This document shows positions 63,393 to 64,000 of a stretch of DNA of 64,000 nt, piece by piece (positions within the stretch are counted from its first letter, which is position 1; every line of letters begins with the position of its first letter). Source of the stretch: an uncultured Chloroflexia bacterium. Lineage in GTDB: Bacteria; Chloroflexota; Limnocylindria; QHBO01. The notes under the pieces are model-generated. The model was given only the letters and a program-made list of their open reading frames with translations, did not search any database and was not told the origin of the DNA. Made by a program: the position numbers and the translations under genes. Location: contig CAWEPF010000007.1 in NCBI GenBank assembly GCA_963810925.1, forward strand, positions 13,250-77,249. Direction: 5' to 3'.

Positions 63393-64000
63393 GAGCAGCC
63401 TCCCTCCGGGTTCACGTTGAACGACGCCGCGTTCCCGCTGAAGGAAATCTCGATCTGCGTGTCCGCCGCGGTATACCCGTCACTCGTCCACGTGTCGCCG
63501 TCCTGCGTAAACCCCTGGTCGTCCAGGTTGTGGCCCACCGCGATGTCGCTGCCCATCGTCACCCGGAGACCCACGCTGTCGGGCGCGCACACCTCGATGG
63601 ACCCCGCGTTGGCCGAGAAGTCCACCGAGCCGATGCTCGTCCCATCCGACAGCTGGATCTCGCTTGAGCCCGCATTCAGCGTGACGGCCAGCGAGTCCAG
63701 GTCAGCATCGGAAAGGTCCACGTGGAGCGCGGTCGCGTTTCCGGTCAGCGCGGTCGAGCCCCACTGCCCGTCGGACAGATCGAGGGTCGCCTCGCCGGCG
63801 TTCAGGCTCAGATCGAGGTTCGTGCCCTCGTCGCCCGGCACCGTGATCGCCACGTGCCGCCGCCCGGAGAAGGTGACGTCGTTGTCGGTCTTGAGCTGGA
63901 TCCCGTCCGAGTTCTCCTCGAGGTCGAGGTCGTTCTGGGTGTCCTCATCGGTCTCGACCGCCCAGTTCGATCCAGACCCGCCGCTCACCTCGAGGGTGAT
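63389..64000 (-). CDS. Lia/toast-rack-like beta-solenoid envelope-stress protein (5' partial)
   Basis: Repeated L.LNAG...LDLS units; ATGA overlap with the PspC gene. Confidence 0.7.
   Translation of the reverse strand: MTLEVSGGSGSNWAVETDEDTQNDLDLEENSDGIQLKTDNDVTFSGRRHVAITVPGDEGTNLDLSLNAGEATLDLSDGQWGSTALTGNATALHVDLSDADLDSLAVTLNAGSSEIQLSDGTSIGSVDFSANAGSIEVCAPDSVGLRVTMGSDIAVGHNLDDQGFTQDGDTWTSDGYTAADTQIEISFSGNAASFNVNPEGGCS

Overview
High-GC bacterial chromosomal segment spanning the replication origin. Gene content and protein style suggest a monoderm Terrabacteria member, most likely Chloroflexota (possibly Limnocylindria/Ellin6529); this is inference only. Left arm, mostly minus strand: mreD-mrdA-rodA, rplU-rpmA-rpmE-DUF1385-prfA-prmC-tsaC-rpiB-aconitase X-glyA, the F1Fo atp operon, murA, mreB, a PHP protein, a UPF0104 protein and an XRE regulator. 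Middle block, plus strand: parS-parA-parB-gyrB-gyrA-prs-secA-prfB (programmed +1 frameshift)-ftsEX-S41 protease-smpB-tmRNA. Then jag-yidC-yidD-rnpA-rpmH and dnaA-oriC-dnaN-recF-dciA, a membrane pseudo-phosphatase, DUF151, a GT2 plus fused GT-C glycosylation locus, and PspC/Lia-type genes. No CRISPR array, IS or prophage was seen. At least five single-base frameshifts look like sequencing errors. The best candidates for undescribed biology are: (i) a promoter, very strong SD, 13-codon ORF and alternative hairpins in front of smpB-ssrA; (ii) an 8-Cys protein with twin CxxxCxxC motifs coupled or fused to RF2; (iii) a PP2C-like/TM/beta-propeller protein lacking catalytic residues in the dnaA operon; (iv) a ~1530-aa double GT-C mannosyltransferase; (v) cysteine pairs across envelope proteins; (vi) CTG start codons; (vii) an apparent 18-kb inversion between parS and tmRNA. 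Family assignments come from recalled motifs; no searches were run.
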